In this document: positions 10,272-20,996 of the stretch, piece by piece
Position numbering within the stretch: the stretch's first letter is position 1
How the letters are laid out: each line of letters opens with the position of its first letter
Assembly (NCBI GenBank): GCA_963819585.1
Contig: CAWFWP010000015.1
Span: 20,886 to 84,885 of the forward strand
DNA: 64,000 nt
Direction of reading: 5' to 3'
From: an uncultured Alphaproteobacteria bacterium
GTDB lineage: Bacteria; Pseudomonadota; Alphaproteobacteria; Rhodobacterales; Rhodobacteraceae
Position numbers and translations under genes: made by a program
Notes under the pieces: model-generated
The model's database searches: none
What the model saw: only the letters and a program-made list of their open reading frames with translations
Told to the model about the DNA's origin: nothing

Positions 10272-11730
10272 ATGATCGACGCGCACAGATTCTACATCAA
10301 CGGCCACTGGGTCGCGCCCGCGAAGCCCCGCGACTGCGAGGTCATCGACCCTTCGACGGAAGAGGTCTGCGCCGTGATCTCGCTGGGTGACGCGGCCGAT
10401 ACCAACGCTGCCGTCGCCGCCGCCAAGGCCGCCTTGCCCGCGTGGGCTGCCACGCCTCCTGCCGAACGTGCCCGCCTCGTCGAGGGCATCCTCGCGCAGT
10501 ACGAACGCCGCAAGGATGAAATGGCCCGCGCCATCAGCCTCGAGATGGGCTCGCCCATCGACCACGCCTTGAACGAACAGGCGGCGAGCCTGCCCTGGCA
10601 CCTGAGGAACTTCCTGACCGCGTTCAAGGATTTCCAGTTCATCCGCCCCCTCGGCCCGCATGCGCCCAACGACCGCATCGCGCTGGAACCCGTGGGCGTC
10701 GTCGGTCTGATCACCCCGTGGAACTGGCCGATGAACCAGGTCACTCTCAAGGCCATCCCGGCGATGCTCGCCGGCTGCACGATGGTGCTGAAGCCCTCGG
10801 AAATTGCACCCTTGTCGTCGCTTCTGTTCGCGGAGTTCGTCCATGATGCCGGTTTCCCGCCGGGCGCGTTCAACCTCGTGAACGGCGACGGGCCGGGCGT
10901 GGGCACGCAGCTCTCGTCCCACCCGGATGTCGAGATGATCTCGTTCACGGGATCGCCCCGTGCCGGCGCGCTCATCAGCAGGGCCGCCGCCGACACCTTC
11001 AAGCGCGTCACGCTGGAGCTCGGCGGCAAGGGTGCGAACCTCGTCTTCGCGGATGCGGACGAAAAGGCCGTCCGGCGCGGCGTGCTGCACCTGATGGACA
11101 ACTCCGGCCAGTCCTGCAACGCGCCCAGCCGCATGCTGGTCGAACGGTCCTACTACGATACCGCCGTCGAAATCGCGAAATCGGTGGCCGAATCGCCTCC
11201 GCGTCGCTTCGGCGCATGAGGCGGGCGGGCATATCGGCCCGGTCGTCAGCCAGATGCAATACGACAAGATCCAAGGGATGATCGAGGCGGGCATCAAGGA
11301 AGGCGCGCGCCTTGTCACCGGCGGCCTCGGCCGCCCCGAGGGCCTGAACCGGGGCTATTTCGTACGGCCCACGATCTTCGCCGACGTAAAGCCCGGCATG
11401 ACCATCGAGAAAGAAGAAATCTTCGGCCCAGTCCTGTCGATGATCCCCTTCGACACCGAGGAAGAGGCCGTGGCCATCGCCAACGACACGATCTACGGCC
11501 TGACGAACTACGTCCAATCCCAGGACGGCGCGCGCCGCAACCGCCTCGCCCGCCGCCTCAAATCCGGCATGGTCCAGATGAACGGCAAGTCGCGCGGTGC
11601 CGGATCGCCCTTCGGCGGGGTCAAGGCCTCCGGGCGCGCCCGCGAGGGCGGACACTGGGGCATCGAGGAATTTCTCGACGTCAAGGCGATCTCGGACTGG
11701 GACAGCACACAGGACATGGCGGCGGAATAG
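10272..11730 (+). CDS. NAD(P)-dependent aldehyde dehydrogenase; +1 frameshift near 11196 (extra C in tcgcctcc)
   Basis: MIDAHRFYINGHWVAPAK...VVGLITPWNWP...ELGGKGANLVF... reads in the first frame. After the shift it continues ...LRVASAHEAGGHIGPVVSQMQYDKIQGMIEAG...EEIFGPVLSMIPF... Confidence 0.85.
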
Positions 11731-12456
11731 ATGCGCCTCGCCGTCCTGTCGGACATCCACAGCAATGCGGGCGCCCTGCAGGCGGTGATCGACGATCTGG
11801 TGCGCCAGTCACCCGACCTGACGCTCAACCTCGGCGACTGCCTGTCCGGCCCGCTCGAGGCTGACCGCACCGCCGACCTACTGATGGACGCTGGCTGGCC
11901 CACCGTGCGCGGCAACCATGACCGCTGGCTGACCGACCCGCCCGATCCCGATCCGCAATGGGACGCCGATGCCCGGCCGCTGCTGTCGTCGGCGCATCTC
12001 GGCTGGCTACGCGCTCTGCCCACCACCCTGACCATCGGCGACGTCTTCCTCTGCCATGCCACCCCGCAGGATGACGTAACGCGCTGGCTGAACCAAGTCA
12101 CACCGCAGGGCCATGTCGCCCCGAACCCGCTGGCCGACATCGCCGCCCGTGCCGAGGGCATCCCGCAGTCGCTCCTTCTCTGCGGCCATTCCCATGTGGC
12201 CGAGGCCATGCGTCTGCCCGATGGCCGCCTGATCGTGAACCCCGGCAGCGTCGGCGTCCCCGGCTTCAACGATCACGGCCACCGCATCGTCACCGGCGCA
12301 CCCCACGCCCGATACGCGATTCTCGACCAAACGCCCCACGGCTGGTCCGTCACCTTCCGCATGGTGCCCTACGACACCGCCCCCGCCGTCGCGCTGGCCC
12401 GCGCAAGGGGCCGCGCCGACTGGGCAGAGGTGCTGGAAACCGGCTGGATCACCTGA
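11731..12456 (+). CDS. Metallophosphoesterase family protein
   Basis: MRLAVLSDIHSNAGALQAV...LGDCLSGP...GNHD...CGHSH carries the calcineurin-like phosphoesterase motifs. Confidence 0.8.
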   Translation: MRLAVLSDIHSNAGALQAVIDDLVRQSPDLTLNLGDCLSGPLEADRTADLLMDAGWPTVRGNHDRWLTDPPDPDPQWDADARPLLSSAHLGWLRALPTTLTIGDVFLCHATPQDDVTRWLNQVTPQGHVAPNPLADIAARAEGIPQSLLLCGHSHVAEAMRLPDGRLIVNPGSVGVPGFNDHGHRIVTGAPHARYAILDQTPHGWSVTFRMVPYDTAPAVALARARGRADWAEVLETGWIT

Positions 12457-12492
12457 CCGCGCCGCCCCCTTGCGCCGCATCGTCCCGCAAAA

Positions 12493-12520
12493 GCGACATT
12501 TCCACCCCATGGAATGTCGC
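12493..12520. promoter_or_regulatory. Near-perfect inverted repeat GCGACATTTCCA-N4-TGGAATGTCGC upstream of the MttB-family gene
   Basis: 12-bp arms with one mismatch, about 70 bp upstream of the ATG at 12591. Confidence 0.3.
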
Positions 12521-12590
12521 CCGTCAGGCTAACGGGTCCGCCCCCTCCGACCCTAGCATTCCCCATCCAGCCGTCCGGGGAGATGCCGAA

Positions 12591-14132
12591 ATGACCATCG
12601 AGGAAGTCACCCGCACCCGCTCCGGACGCGATGCCCGCCGCAAGGACCGTGCCGCCGGGCGCACCGGCCTTCACCGCCCCTATATCACCCGCAACATCCC
12701 GACCTACGACATCCTGTCGGAACAAAACCTGATCCGCATCGAGGCCGCCGCCGACCGAATCCTCGCCGAGGTCGGCATCGAATTCCGCGATGATCCCGTC
12801 GTGCTCGACCATTGGCGGCGCGCCGGGGCCAAACTCGACGGCGTTCTCGTCAAGTTCCCCCCGGGTCTCCTGCGCGAGGTTCTGAAAACCGCCCCTGCCG
12901 CGTTCACTCAGCACGCCCGCAACCCCGCCAATTCGGTCGTCATCGGCGGCAAGTCGGTCGTCTTCTCCCCGGCCTACGGATCGCCATTCGTCATGGACCT
13001 CGACAACGGCCGCCGCTTCGGCACCATCGAGGATTTCCGCAACTTCATCAAACTCGCCCAAGGCTCGCCCTGGTTCCACCATTCCGGCGGCACGATCTGC
13101 GAACCCACCGACGTGCCGGTGAACAAGCGCCACCTCGACATGGTCTATTCGCACATCAAATACTCCGACCGGGCCTTCATGGGGTCGGTGACGGCCGAGG
13201 AGCGCAGCGAAGACAACATCGAAATGGCCCGCATCCTGTTCGGCGCGGGCTTCGTCGAGGACAACTGCGTCATCCTCGGCAACGTCAACGTGAACTCGCC
13301 GCTGGTCTGGGACGGGACGATGACGCGCAGCTTGCGCGCCTATGCCCGCGCCAACCAGTGCGCCGTCGTCGTGCCTTTCATCCTCGGCGGCGCGATGGGG
13401 CCTGTCACCAATGCCGGTGCCATCGCGCAGTCCCTTGCCGAAACCATGGCGGGCTGCGCCCTGACCCAGCTGGAACGGCCCGGCGCGCCCGTTATCTTCG
13501 GCAACTTCCTCTCCTCCACCGCGCTGCGCTCCGGCTCGCCCACCTTCGGCACGCCCGAACCCGCCATCGGCAGCATGGTCATCGGCCAGCTCGCGCGTCG
13601 CCTGAACCTGCCGCTGCGCTGCTCGGGCAACTTCACGACCTCCAAGCTTCCCGATGCCCATGCCATGACCGAAGGCACCATGTCGATGCTCGCCGCGATC
13701 CACTGCGGCGCGAACTTCATCCTGCATTCCGCAGGCTTTCTCGACGGCCTCCTGTCCATGTCCTACGAGAAATTCATGCTCGACGCCGACCTCTGCGGGG
13801 CTTTGCACACCTATCTTGACGGCGTGACGGTGGACGAGAATTCGCTTGCGATGGGCGCATTTCAGGAAGTCGGCCCGGGCAGCCACTTCTTCGGTTCCCA
13901 GCACACGCTGGCGAACTACGAGACCGCCTACTGGGACAGCGACATCGCCGACAACGAACCCTTCGAGAAATGGGAGGCGGCGGGGTCGGCGGACGCAGCC
14001 ACACGGGCCAACCGGCTGTGGAAGAAGCGGCTTGCGGAATATCAGGCCCCGCCTTTGGACGTGGCCATCGACGATGCCCTGCAGGACTTCATCGCGCGGC
14101 GGAAGGCGTCGATGCCGGACGCCTGGTACTGA
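12591..14132 (+). CDS. Trimethylamine methyltransferase (MttB) superfamily protein, non-pyrrolysine type (quaternary amine/betaine:corrinoid methyltransferase-like)
   Basis: 513 aa with an MttB-like TIM barrel (…HSGGTICEPTDVPVNKRHLDMVYSHIKYSDRAFMGSV…). RBS GGGGAGA upstream. Confidence 0.85.
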   Translation: MTIEEVTRTRSGRDARRKDRAAGRTGLHRPYITRNIPTYDILSEQNLIRIEAAADRILAEVGIEFRDDPVVLDHWRRAGAKLDGVLVKFPPGLLREVLKTAPAAFTQHARNPANSVVIGGKSVVFSPAYGSPFVMDLDNGRRFGTIEDFRNFIKLAQGSPWFHHSGGTICEPTDVPVNKRHLDMVYSHIKYSDRAFMGSVTAEERSEDNIEMARILFGAGFVEDNCVILGNVNVNSPLVWDGTMTRSLRAYARANQCAVVVPFILGGAMGPVTNAGAIAQSLAETMAGCALTQLERPGAPVIFGNFLSSTALRSGSPTFGTPEPAIGSMVIGQLARRLNLPLRCSGNFTTSKLPDAHAMTEGTMSMLAAIHCGANFILHSAGFLDGLLSMSYEKFMLDADLCGALHTYLDGVTVDENSLAMGAFQEVGPGSHFFGSQHTLANYETAYWDSDIADNEPFEKWEAAGSADAATRANRLWKKRLAEYQAPPLDVAIDDALQDFIARRKASMPDAWY

Positions 14133-16119
14133 TGACTGCCCACCCGCGCCTCCTGTCCCCCGATCCAGCTGCGCGGCCACACTCTCCGCAACCGCATCGT
14201 CTTCGGCGCGCATACCGCCAACATGTCCGATGCCGGACTGCCCGGCCCCCGCTTCGCCGCCTACCTCCTCGAACGCGCCCTCGGCGGCGCCGCGATGATC
14301 GTCGCCGAACCGATGCCGGTCCACCGCACCGGCGTGCTGACGCGCGGCAACTTCCTGCACGGCACCGACGACGTCATCCCGCATTTCCGCAAAGTGACCG
14401 AGCCGGTCAGGGAAGCGGGCGCCGTCATCCTCCAGCAACTCTACCACATCGGCGCGCACGGCGATTCCGACCTCTCCTTCGCGCCGCACTGGTCGCCCTC
14501 CGGCGGCCCCAGCTATCACGACACCGACGGCAGCCACCGGATGACCGAAGCCGAGATCGAGGAGCTGATCGACGCCCATATCGCCGCCGCCGTCCGCTGC
14601 CAAAAATCCGGCTTTCAGGGGGTGGAGGTCTGGGCCGCCTACCATTCCCTTCTCGACCAGTTCTGGACGCCGTGGTGCAACACCCGCGACGACCAGTGGG
14701 GCGGCTCCCTGGAAAACCGCACCCGCTTCTCACGCCGCATCATCGACGGCATCCGCCGCGCCTGCGGCGAGGATTTCATCATCGGCCTGGCCGTCAGCCA
14801 CGTCGGATGCCTACAGCGTCACGCTCCAGAACGAAGCCCTCGCCGAAATCGCAGCCCTCCACGATGCCACCGGCCAGATCGACTATGTCACCGTCGGCTC
14901 CGGCAGCTATCTCGACTTCGAAAGCATCATCCCGCCCTTCACGATGGGCGAAAAGCTGACGACGCCGCTGACCGAAATGCTGAAACAGGCCCTGAACCAC
15001 GCCAAGGTCACGTCCGAGGCGCATATCCGCACACCCGAAAACGGCGAGGCCATCATCGCCAGCGGTCAGGCCGATCTCGTCTCCATCGTGCGCGGCCAGA
15101 TCGCCGACCCGCACCTCGCCCGCAAGACGACCGAAGGGCGCGCCGAAGACGTGCGCGGCTGCATTTCCTGCAACCAGATGTGCTGGGGCCGCCGGTCGCG
15201 CGACTACTGGATTTCCTGCCTCATCAACCCATCGGCAGGCCGCGAATGGGAATGGGGCGGCGACCGCTTCACCCCCGCCGTCACGCCGAAACACGTCGTC
15301 GTCGTCGGTGCCGGTCCTGCCGGGCTGGAGGCCGCCCGCGCCGCCGCCGAACGCGGCCATCGCGTCACGCTGATGGAGGCAGCACCGCAGATCGGCGGCC
15401 AGTTCCGCCTTGCCGGTCTGCAACCAAGGCGCGGCCAGATCACCGACCTGATGGGCTGGTACGAACGCCAGCTTGCACAGCTGCAGGTCCGCGTCATGCT
15501 GAACACCTATGCCGACGCCGACGACATCCGCGCCCTTGAAACCCGACGCCATCATCCTCGCCACCGGATCGCTGCCCGATCCCGACGGGTTCCAGCGCTG
15601 GATACCCCAGCATGCCCGCCTGCCGGGCATCGACCTCGGCAACGTCTATTCCCCCGAAGACATCCTGCGCCGCGACGCGCAGGATCGGCGACACCGTCAT
15701 CCTCTATGACGAAGGCGGCACATGGCGCGGCGCGGGCACCGCCTGGGCGCTGGCCGAACAGGGCAAGCGCCGTCACCATCGTCACCCCCGAAGCCCATGA
15801 TCGGCCGCGAGATCGCCCGCACGGCAGCCGACAGGCCCGCTCCGCCGCGCCTCGGCGCGCCTGGACGTCCGCATGCCTGACCGAATCCTGCATCGCCGAA
15901 TGGCACGGCAACGCCGCCACCGTCCGCAGCTCTCCTCACCGGCCACGACCGAACGCATCCCCGCCACGGCCCTCGTCATGTCCACCACCAACCGCGCCTT
16001 CGACCCGCTTTCGGCCAGACCTCGCCGACCTGAACCCCATCCTCATCGGCGACGCCGCCGCCCCGCGTCAGGCCCCTTACGCCTTCCACGAGGGGCGCAA
16101 GGCCGCGCTGGCGATCTGA
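14132..16119 (+). pseudogene. N-methylproline/dimethylglycine demethylase-like flavoprotein (StcD/DgcA family: OYE-like domain plus FAD/NAD domain); at least 7 frameshifts
   Basis: MTAHPRLLSP... shifts at the ccccc run into IQLRGHTLRNRIVFGAHTANM...OYE domain. Further shifts occur at about 14800, 15545 and 15680, and several more between 15780 and 16030. The final frame ends ...APYAFHEGRKAALAI. Confidence 0.7.
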
Positions 16120-16130
16120 ATTTCTGCCCT

Positions 16131-16162
16131 GCCGGGAATTATCCGCCCACCCCGCGCGTAAT
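16131..16162 (+). promoter_or_regulatory. Candidate ECF-type promoter GGAATT-N16-CGTAAT upstream of the ECF sigma gene
   Basis: GGAAT/CGT architecture about 130 bp upstream of 16291. This is speculative. Confidence 0.2.
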
Positions 16163-16290
16163 CCTCCCGCGAATTCCCGCCCGACGTCCTGGCCCCGCCA
16201 AATCACATGGTTGCATCTGCCCTTCTCTCCCGTGACACTCGCGCCGTTATGCCCTTCGGCGTCATTGATTTTGCATGGACGTCCCACCCG

Positions 16291-16824
16291 ATGCCCTCTG
16301 CCGCAGCTTCGTCCGACCAGACCCTCCGCCGCGACCTTGTCGCGCTGCTGCCCCGCCTGCGCCGCTTCGCCCTTTCGCTCACCCGCAATGCCGCCGATGC
16401 CGACGACCTTGTGCAGGATGCCTGCCTGCGCGCCATGTCCCGCGCCGCTGACTGGGACGCAGCGCAGGGGCTCGACCGCTGGGTCTTCCGCATCCTCCGC
16501 AACGCCTTCATCAGCGACACCCGCCGCGCCCGGACGCGGCAAGGTCAGGGCCAGGTCGACGCGACCGAGGCCACCGAACTGCGCACCCACGCCACCGCCG
16601 AACACGACCTTGCCGCGACCCAGATCATGGGCCGCCTCGCCGCCCTGCCCGAAGGCTATGCCGCGACGCTCCTCCTCGTCGCCGTCGAAGGCTACAGCTA
16701 TGCCGAGGCTGCGGCACTTCTCGACATTCCGCCCGGCACGGTGATGAGCCGCGTTTCGCGCGCCCGCCAGATGCTCGCCGAACGCCTCGCCGACCACACT
16801 GCCGACGGGGGGGTCGTATCGTGA
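16291..16824 (+). CDS. ECF-subfamily RNA polymerase sigma-70 factor
   Basis: Regions 2 and 4 are present (LVQDACLRAMSRAADWD...; ...EGYSYAEAAALLDIPPGTVMSRVSRARQMLAE). Confidence 0.8.
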   Translation: MPSAAASSDQTLRRDLVALLPRLRRFALSLTRNAADADDLVQDACLRAMSRAADWDAAQGLDRWVFRILRNAFISDTRRARTRQGQGQVDATEATELRTHATAEHDLAATQIMGRLAALPEGYAATLLLVAVEGYSYAEAAALLDIPPGTVMSRVSRARQMLAERLADHTADGGVVS

Positions 16825-17582
16825 CCGTCATCAGCACAGACCAGCTCAGCGCACGCCTCGACAACGCGCTGCCCGCGCCCGAAGCGGCCGCCATCGACCG
16901 CGCGCTTGCCGCCGACCCCGCGCTGCGCGCCCGCTACGATGCGCTTGCCGCCGCCGATGCCGCCGCCCGCGCCGATTTCGCCGCCATGCTGTCGGCCCCG
17001 CTGCCGCTGTCGCTCGCCCGCGCCGTGGGCACCGCCCCCGCCGCCGGTCCGGCCCCGGCAGCACCTACGCGCCGCCCCGTCTGGACGCTTCTCGCCGCCT
17101 CGCTCGCCTGTCTCGCCATCGGCGCGGGCGGCGGCTGGCTGGCCGCGCGCCAGACCGTGCCCGCCCGCGACTGGATCGCCGATGTCGCTGATTATCACGC
17201 CGTCTATGCCGCCCAGACCCGCCACCTGGCCGAGGTTCCGGCGTCCGAGGCCGACCATATCGTCACCTGGCTGACCACCCAGGTCGGCCACGACGCCCGC
17301 ATCCCCGACCTTGCCGCACAGGGCCTGACATTCGAAGGCGCGCGCCTGCTGGTCGCCGACGGCAAACCCGTCGCCCAGCTCATGTACCGCGATGCCGACG
17401 GTCAGGTCGTGGCGCTCTGCTGGATCGCCAGCGACAAGCCCCCCACAGATGCCGCCACCCCCCGCGCGCTGGGCGCTTTCGACGCCCTTGTCTGGGGCGA
17501 ACCCGGCGCGCGCTACATCCTGATCGGGCCGAAGGGATATCCGGCGCTTCCAGCGATCGCCGAGACGGCACGCGCGGCCTGA
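16821..17582 (+). CDS. Anti-sigma factor, single-pass membrane protein with a periplasmic domain
   Basis: It overlaps the sigma gene stop. A TM segment VWTLLAASLACLAIGAGGGWLAA is present; 253 aa. Confidence 0.65.
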   Translation: MTVISTDQLSARLDNALPAPEAAAIDRALAADPALRARYDALAAADAAARADFAAMLSAPLPLSLARAVGTAPAAGPAPAAPTRRPVWTLLAASLACLAIGAGGGWLAARQTVPARDWIADVADYHAVYAAQTRHLAEVPASEADHIVTWLTTQVGHDARIPDLAAQGLTFEGARLLVADGKPVAQLMYRDADGQVVALCWIASDKPPTDAATPRALGAFDALVWGEPGARYILIGPKGYPALPAIAETARAA

Positions 17583-17598
17583 CGGCCCGAAGCCCGCG

Positions 17599-17628
17599 AA
17601 AAAAGGCGGGGCACCGGAATGCCCCGCC
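17599..17628 (-). terminator. Rho-independent terminator (GGCGGGGCA-ccggaa-TGCCCCGCC followed by T6 on the minus strand)
   Basis: 9-bp GC stem with a T-tract on the minus strand, downstream of the 17713..18081 gene. It also follows the plus-strand anti-sigma gene. Confidence 0.6.
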
Positions 17629-17712
17629 CGAACACATCAAATCGTCAACACCAAACTCTGCCGTTCAAATCGTCCCGTCCAGAAACGTCTTGTCTCAAAT
17701 CCCGCCGTCTGC

Positions 17713-18081
17713 TCAGGGCCGCGCCACGCTCCAGACGCCGCCCACGCCGTCACCCGTTGTGTCGCCCGCCGCCTTGTCGTTCACCCAGAAATACAGCGGC
17801 ATTCCGTTCAGCGCCCATTGATAGGTCTCGTCCTTGCGCTCGATCACGCTGAACGGGGCCTTGGCCACGTCTTCGTCCTCTTCCGTCGCCATGTAGGGCG
17901 GCCACTTCACCGCACAGTCGCCGTCGCAGTTCGACACGCCAGCGGCGTCCTTGGCGAAGGTGTACAGCGTCATGCCGTTGTCGCCTGTGAGCACGTCGCC
18001 CGAGGTTGACTTGCCCGTCATCGGTGCCGCAAAGGCCCCCGTCGCGGCCATCGACAGAACCGCAGCGATTGCAATTCTCAT
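17713..18081 (-). CDS. Secreted/lipoprotein of the COG4315 Yx(FWY)xxD-motif family
   Basis: Signal peptide MRIAIAAVLSMAATGAFA and a duplicated GxTLYTFxxD/...LYFWVNDK motif. RBS AAGGGAG. Confidence 0.7.
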   Translation of the reverse strand: MRIAIAAVLSMAATGAFAAPMTGKSTSGDVLTGDNGMTLYTFAKDAAGVSNCDGDCAVKWPPYMATEEDEDVAKAPFSVIERKDETYQWALNGMPLYFWVNDKAAGDTTGDGVGGVWSVARP

Positions 18082-18271
18082 GATGAAACTCCCTTGTTGC
18101 GATGCAGTGATCCGGCAGCACGTTCCCCGTGCGACCCGGATGCCTTACGCATGGAAGGGGCGGGATATTCCGAGCGGTCTTGACCGGACGCACACAAACG
18201 CGTGACATCACACACGGGCGACCGCATCCACGAAAACCAGATCGGGCACCGGCCGCACATCGCCTGACCGG

Positions 18272-19441
18272 TTACTGTCCGCTGGCCATAGTCAGCACCT
18301 CATCGCCCCTTACCCCAAGCGACCGGTGGGCAAACGTCGCCCTGATCCGTGCATATGCCTCCTGCGGCAGCGGCAATGCCGGAACCGCGCTGGCCGTGGC
18401 GGTTCCGGCATGGGAATCCGCGTCAAACGCCGCAAGCCCCCGCGCGACCGCCGACACGCTCAATCCGCAATGCGCGAATATCCGGTTCAGGGCGCCCGTC
18501 CGGTCCGCCCCGAAATCCTCATACCGCACCGGCAGCATCGGCATGCCTGCAGCCATTGCCTGTCGGCACGCCTTGATATGCAGTGCCCAGGCAACGGCCG
18601 AAAAGCGATCAAGCGTCACTTCCGCTGCCGTCATATCCACAATGCCCTCCAGCCGTGCCGGATCCACATTGCCCGATATGATCCACCACCCGAACGCGCG
18701 CCGCTCGGGCGGCACCACCAATGGCATGCCCACGATCCTCTGCGCAAAGCCGTAAACCGAATTGCACCAGCTTTCGCCGTCCCGATACAGAAACAGGTGC
18801 GATGCCGCTGGCTCGGCATCGTGGCAGGCCGCGAAAATAGTCGTCGCCTGGCTGAAGTGTTTCACTGCCAGTCTGTCCGCATCGGCTGCACCGGGAAAGC
18901 GCCGCAGGAATGACAGCCCCGCGCGCATCAGATCCCGCAGCGCGGCCGCACTCAGATCGTGACGGCGCATCGCCAGGTCAAAGGTGAACAGTGGCTCCGA
19001 AACGCACCATGCAGCACCCGAGCGGTTGAACACATGATGCAGCAGCGTTGATCCGCAATGCCCGATATTGAACAGCTGGATCAGCGGCGCGCCTTTAGGC
19101 ACCTGACGCGAAAGGCTCTCGAAAGCCGCGAACGGCAAACGCATGAGCCGCCGTGCCGCCCCGTACTGGGCCTGATAGCAGAAGGGCGCGGACACAAGGT
19201 CGGCCGTCGCGCCGACATCGACGAACACGGCTTCCGAGGTTTCGAAATCAAGACTGAAGAGCGTCCATCCCGGTTCGGTCAGAACCAGTCCGTCCGGCGC
19301 ATCGGCAAAACGGCCGACAGTCAGATTGGCGACCATGTCCCCCATGAACACACGGTCGCCGCCTCGTCCGGTTACGCTGGCCAGCCGACCCATCTTATCT
19401 CCCTTGAATGAAATCATGCGGGCACGGACCCGCAGGGGCAA
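18272..19441 (-). CDS. Sulfotransferase-like protein (Sulfotransfer_3-type P-loop GHCGSTLL); start uncertain (M1 or M17)
   Basis: FNIGHCGSTLLHHVFN resembles the RSGSTLL 5'-PSB motif. It is a paralog of 30270..31404. Confidence 0.55.
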   Translation of the reverse strand: MPLRVRARMISFKGDKMGRLASVTGRGGDRVFMGDMVANLTVGRFADAPDGLVLTEPGWTLFSLDFETSEAVFVDVGATADLVSAPFCYQAQYGAARRLMRLPFAAFESLSRQVPKGAPLIQLFNIGHCGSTLLHHVFNRSGAAWCVSEPLFTFDLAMRRHDLSAAALRDLMRAGLSFLRRFPGAADADRLAVKHFSQATTIFAACHDAEPAASHLFLYRDGESWCNSVYGFAQRIVGMPLVVPPERRAFGWWIISGNVDPARLEGIVDMTAAEVTLDRFSAVAWALHIKACRQAMAAGMPMLPVRYEDFGADRTGALNRIFAHCGLSVSAVARGLAAFDADSHAGTATASAVPALPLPQEAYARIRATFAHRSLGVRGDEVLTMASGQ

Positions 19442-19552
19442 GGTTTTATGCCGCGATCAGTGAACCACCATATCCCGTTGCCGGTCTTGCCTTGACCGCC
19501 TGACGCGGCGGCCCACGATCGACCTGCCTGCGCCCGCAGTGATCGCGTCCGG

Positions 19553-19963
19553 CTAGAAGAACCCGCTCAGGAACACCGCCGTCTGATCCGATATCCCGCC
19601 GATCTTGTTCGTCGCCTGACGATAGAATTTGAAATTGAGTTCGGTCTCGGGCCGTCCGTCGGACCAATCGGTGAATTGCCTCAGGATGGCTCGCCCAAGC
19701 GGCCGCTTTGCAACCGCCACTCGCGTGATCGTCAGGTTCACACGCGGTGTCTGCCGGGCGATGCCGGGCCGTCTCGCGACGGCTTCGGCAGACGTGACCA
19801 CGCCGCGCGCGATCAGTCCCTGCCCGCCCTCGGTCTCGCTTGCGAACACGAATATCGTATCGTTCGCAGCGATGTTCTTGCCGCCATACATCGTCTTCTG
19901 CCGTGCAAGCCGGAATTCCATGACCGCCGGATCAGGGACTTCGACCTTTATCACGAAAGCCAT
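19553..19963 (-). CDS. Hypothetical protein (136 aa)
   Basis: This is an intact ORF, MAFVIKVEVPDPAVMEFRLARQKTMYGGKNIAANDTIFVFASETEGGQGLIARGVV..., and I do not recognise its family. Confidence 0.45.
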   Translation of the reverse strand: MAFVIKVEVPDPAVMEFRLARQKTMYGGKNIAANDTIFVFASETEGGQGLIARGVVTSAEAVARRPGIARQTPRVNLTITRVAVAKRPLGRAILRQFTDWSDGRPETELNFKFYRQATNKIGGISDQTAVFLSGFF

Positions 19964-20125
19964 GCTGGTCTTCCTGCGCTGCGGGCCAAGGGCAACGCCG
20001 GATCATCCTACCGCGGGCCATGCACGACAAGACCAATGTTCAGGCAAGGCGGCGGCCAGATCCTGCAACGATGGCACGCTTTCGCCCGAACCGCAGGAAA
20101 GGGGGGGCCGAAGCCTCCGTCCGCC

Positions 20126-20335
20126 TCAAGGCAGCTTCACATCCTCGGATCGTTGCCGCCCCGACCAGCTGACCCGCTCGCCGACGATCAACCCGTCCGC
20201 TCCGGCATTCACATGCACCGCCGCGCCGTCCCTGATGTTCCCCGCCAGCAGCATCCCGGCCAGCGCGTCCTGGATCACCCGTTTCAGCAGCCACGCTCCG
20301 AAGGGTGCGTCCGGCAACCGAGATTGTCGATCCTG
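20126..20335 (-). pseudogene. Diverged fragment of a clpB 3' end (last ~70 codons)
   Basis: …[61 protein letters not shown] compares with the genuine ClpB C-terminus …[65 protein letters not shown] at 21527. DNA identity is about 80% over about 200 bp. Confidence 0.6.
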
Positions 20336-20480
20336 ACCGCAAACAATGGCGCTTCGCGCTCCCGGGGCCGACCTGAGCAGCAGCATGCGGGATCAAAGGC
20401 AAACGCGACCCTCGGTTGCCGCCATCCCCCAGAATGCGATGCTCAGGCAGCGTCGGCAGGACGCCGCCGGAATGACGACG

Positions 20481-20996
20481 TCATGACCGTCCCGCGCCCA
20501 AGGTCACAAGAAGCGCATCCAGTTGCTCGAACTGCTCGGTCAGGCCACCTTCCATACCTTCGATGGAATGGTCGAGAGCTTCTTTCGTCGGATAGAGTTC
20601 GTGGAAGGTCAGCAGCGTCATGCTACCGGTTTCCTCGAAGGTCACCGTGGTCACGGCACCGGCATCGCTTTCGTCATTTGTCCAGACGAGGCGCGAATGC
20701 GGTGTCACCTCGATGTATCTTCCGAAGAATGCCATGGGCTTCTCGAAGGCTGCATGGCCGAACTCGACCCGGTACCCGCCTCCGACACGGACATCCATCT
20801 CGCACGACAGCAGTGACATGCCCGTAGATTTCGGTGCCCACCACCGCTTGAACAGTTCGGGCTTGGTCCACGCCTCGAACGCGATGCGCGCCGTTGCATC
20901 GAAGCTTCGCGTGACGACGAGCTCGCGCTCGGACTTCCGTTCCACCGTCGTCCGATTTTTCATATCGGAGGGCTCACTCTCTCTATTTGCGTCCAT
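20481..20996 (-). CDS. SRPBCC-superfamily protein (AHSA1/activator-of-Hsp90-ATPase-like)
   Basis: …LVVTRSFDATARIAFEAWTKPELFKRWWAP…GGYRVEF… These are commonly paired with ArsR regulators. Confidence 0.75.
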   Translation of the reverse strand: MDANRESEPSDMKNRTTVERKSERELVVTRSFDATARIAFEAWTKPELFKRWWAPKSTGMSLLSCEMDVRVGGGYRVEFGHAAFEKPMAFFGRYIEVTPHSRLVWTNDESDAGAVTTVTFEETGSMTLLTFHELYPTKEALDHSIEGMEGGLTEQFEQLDALLVTLGAGRS

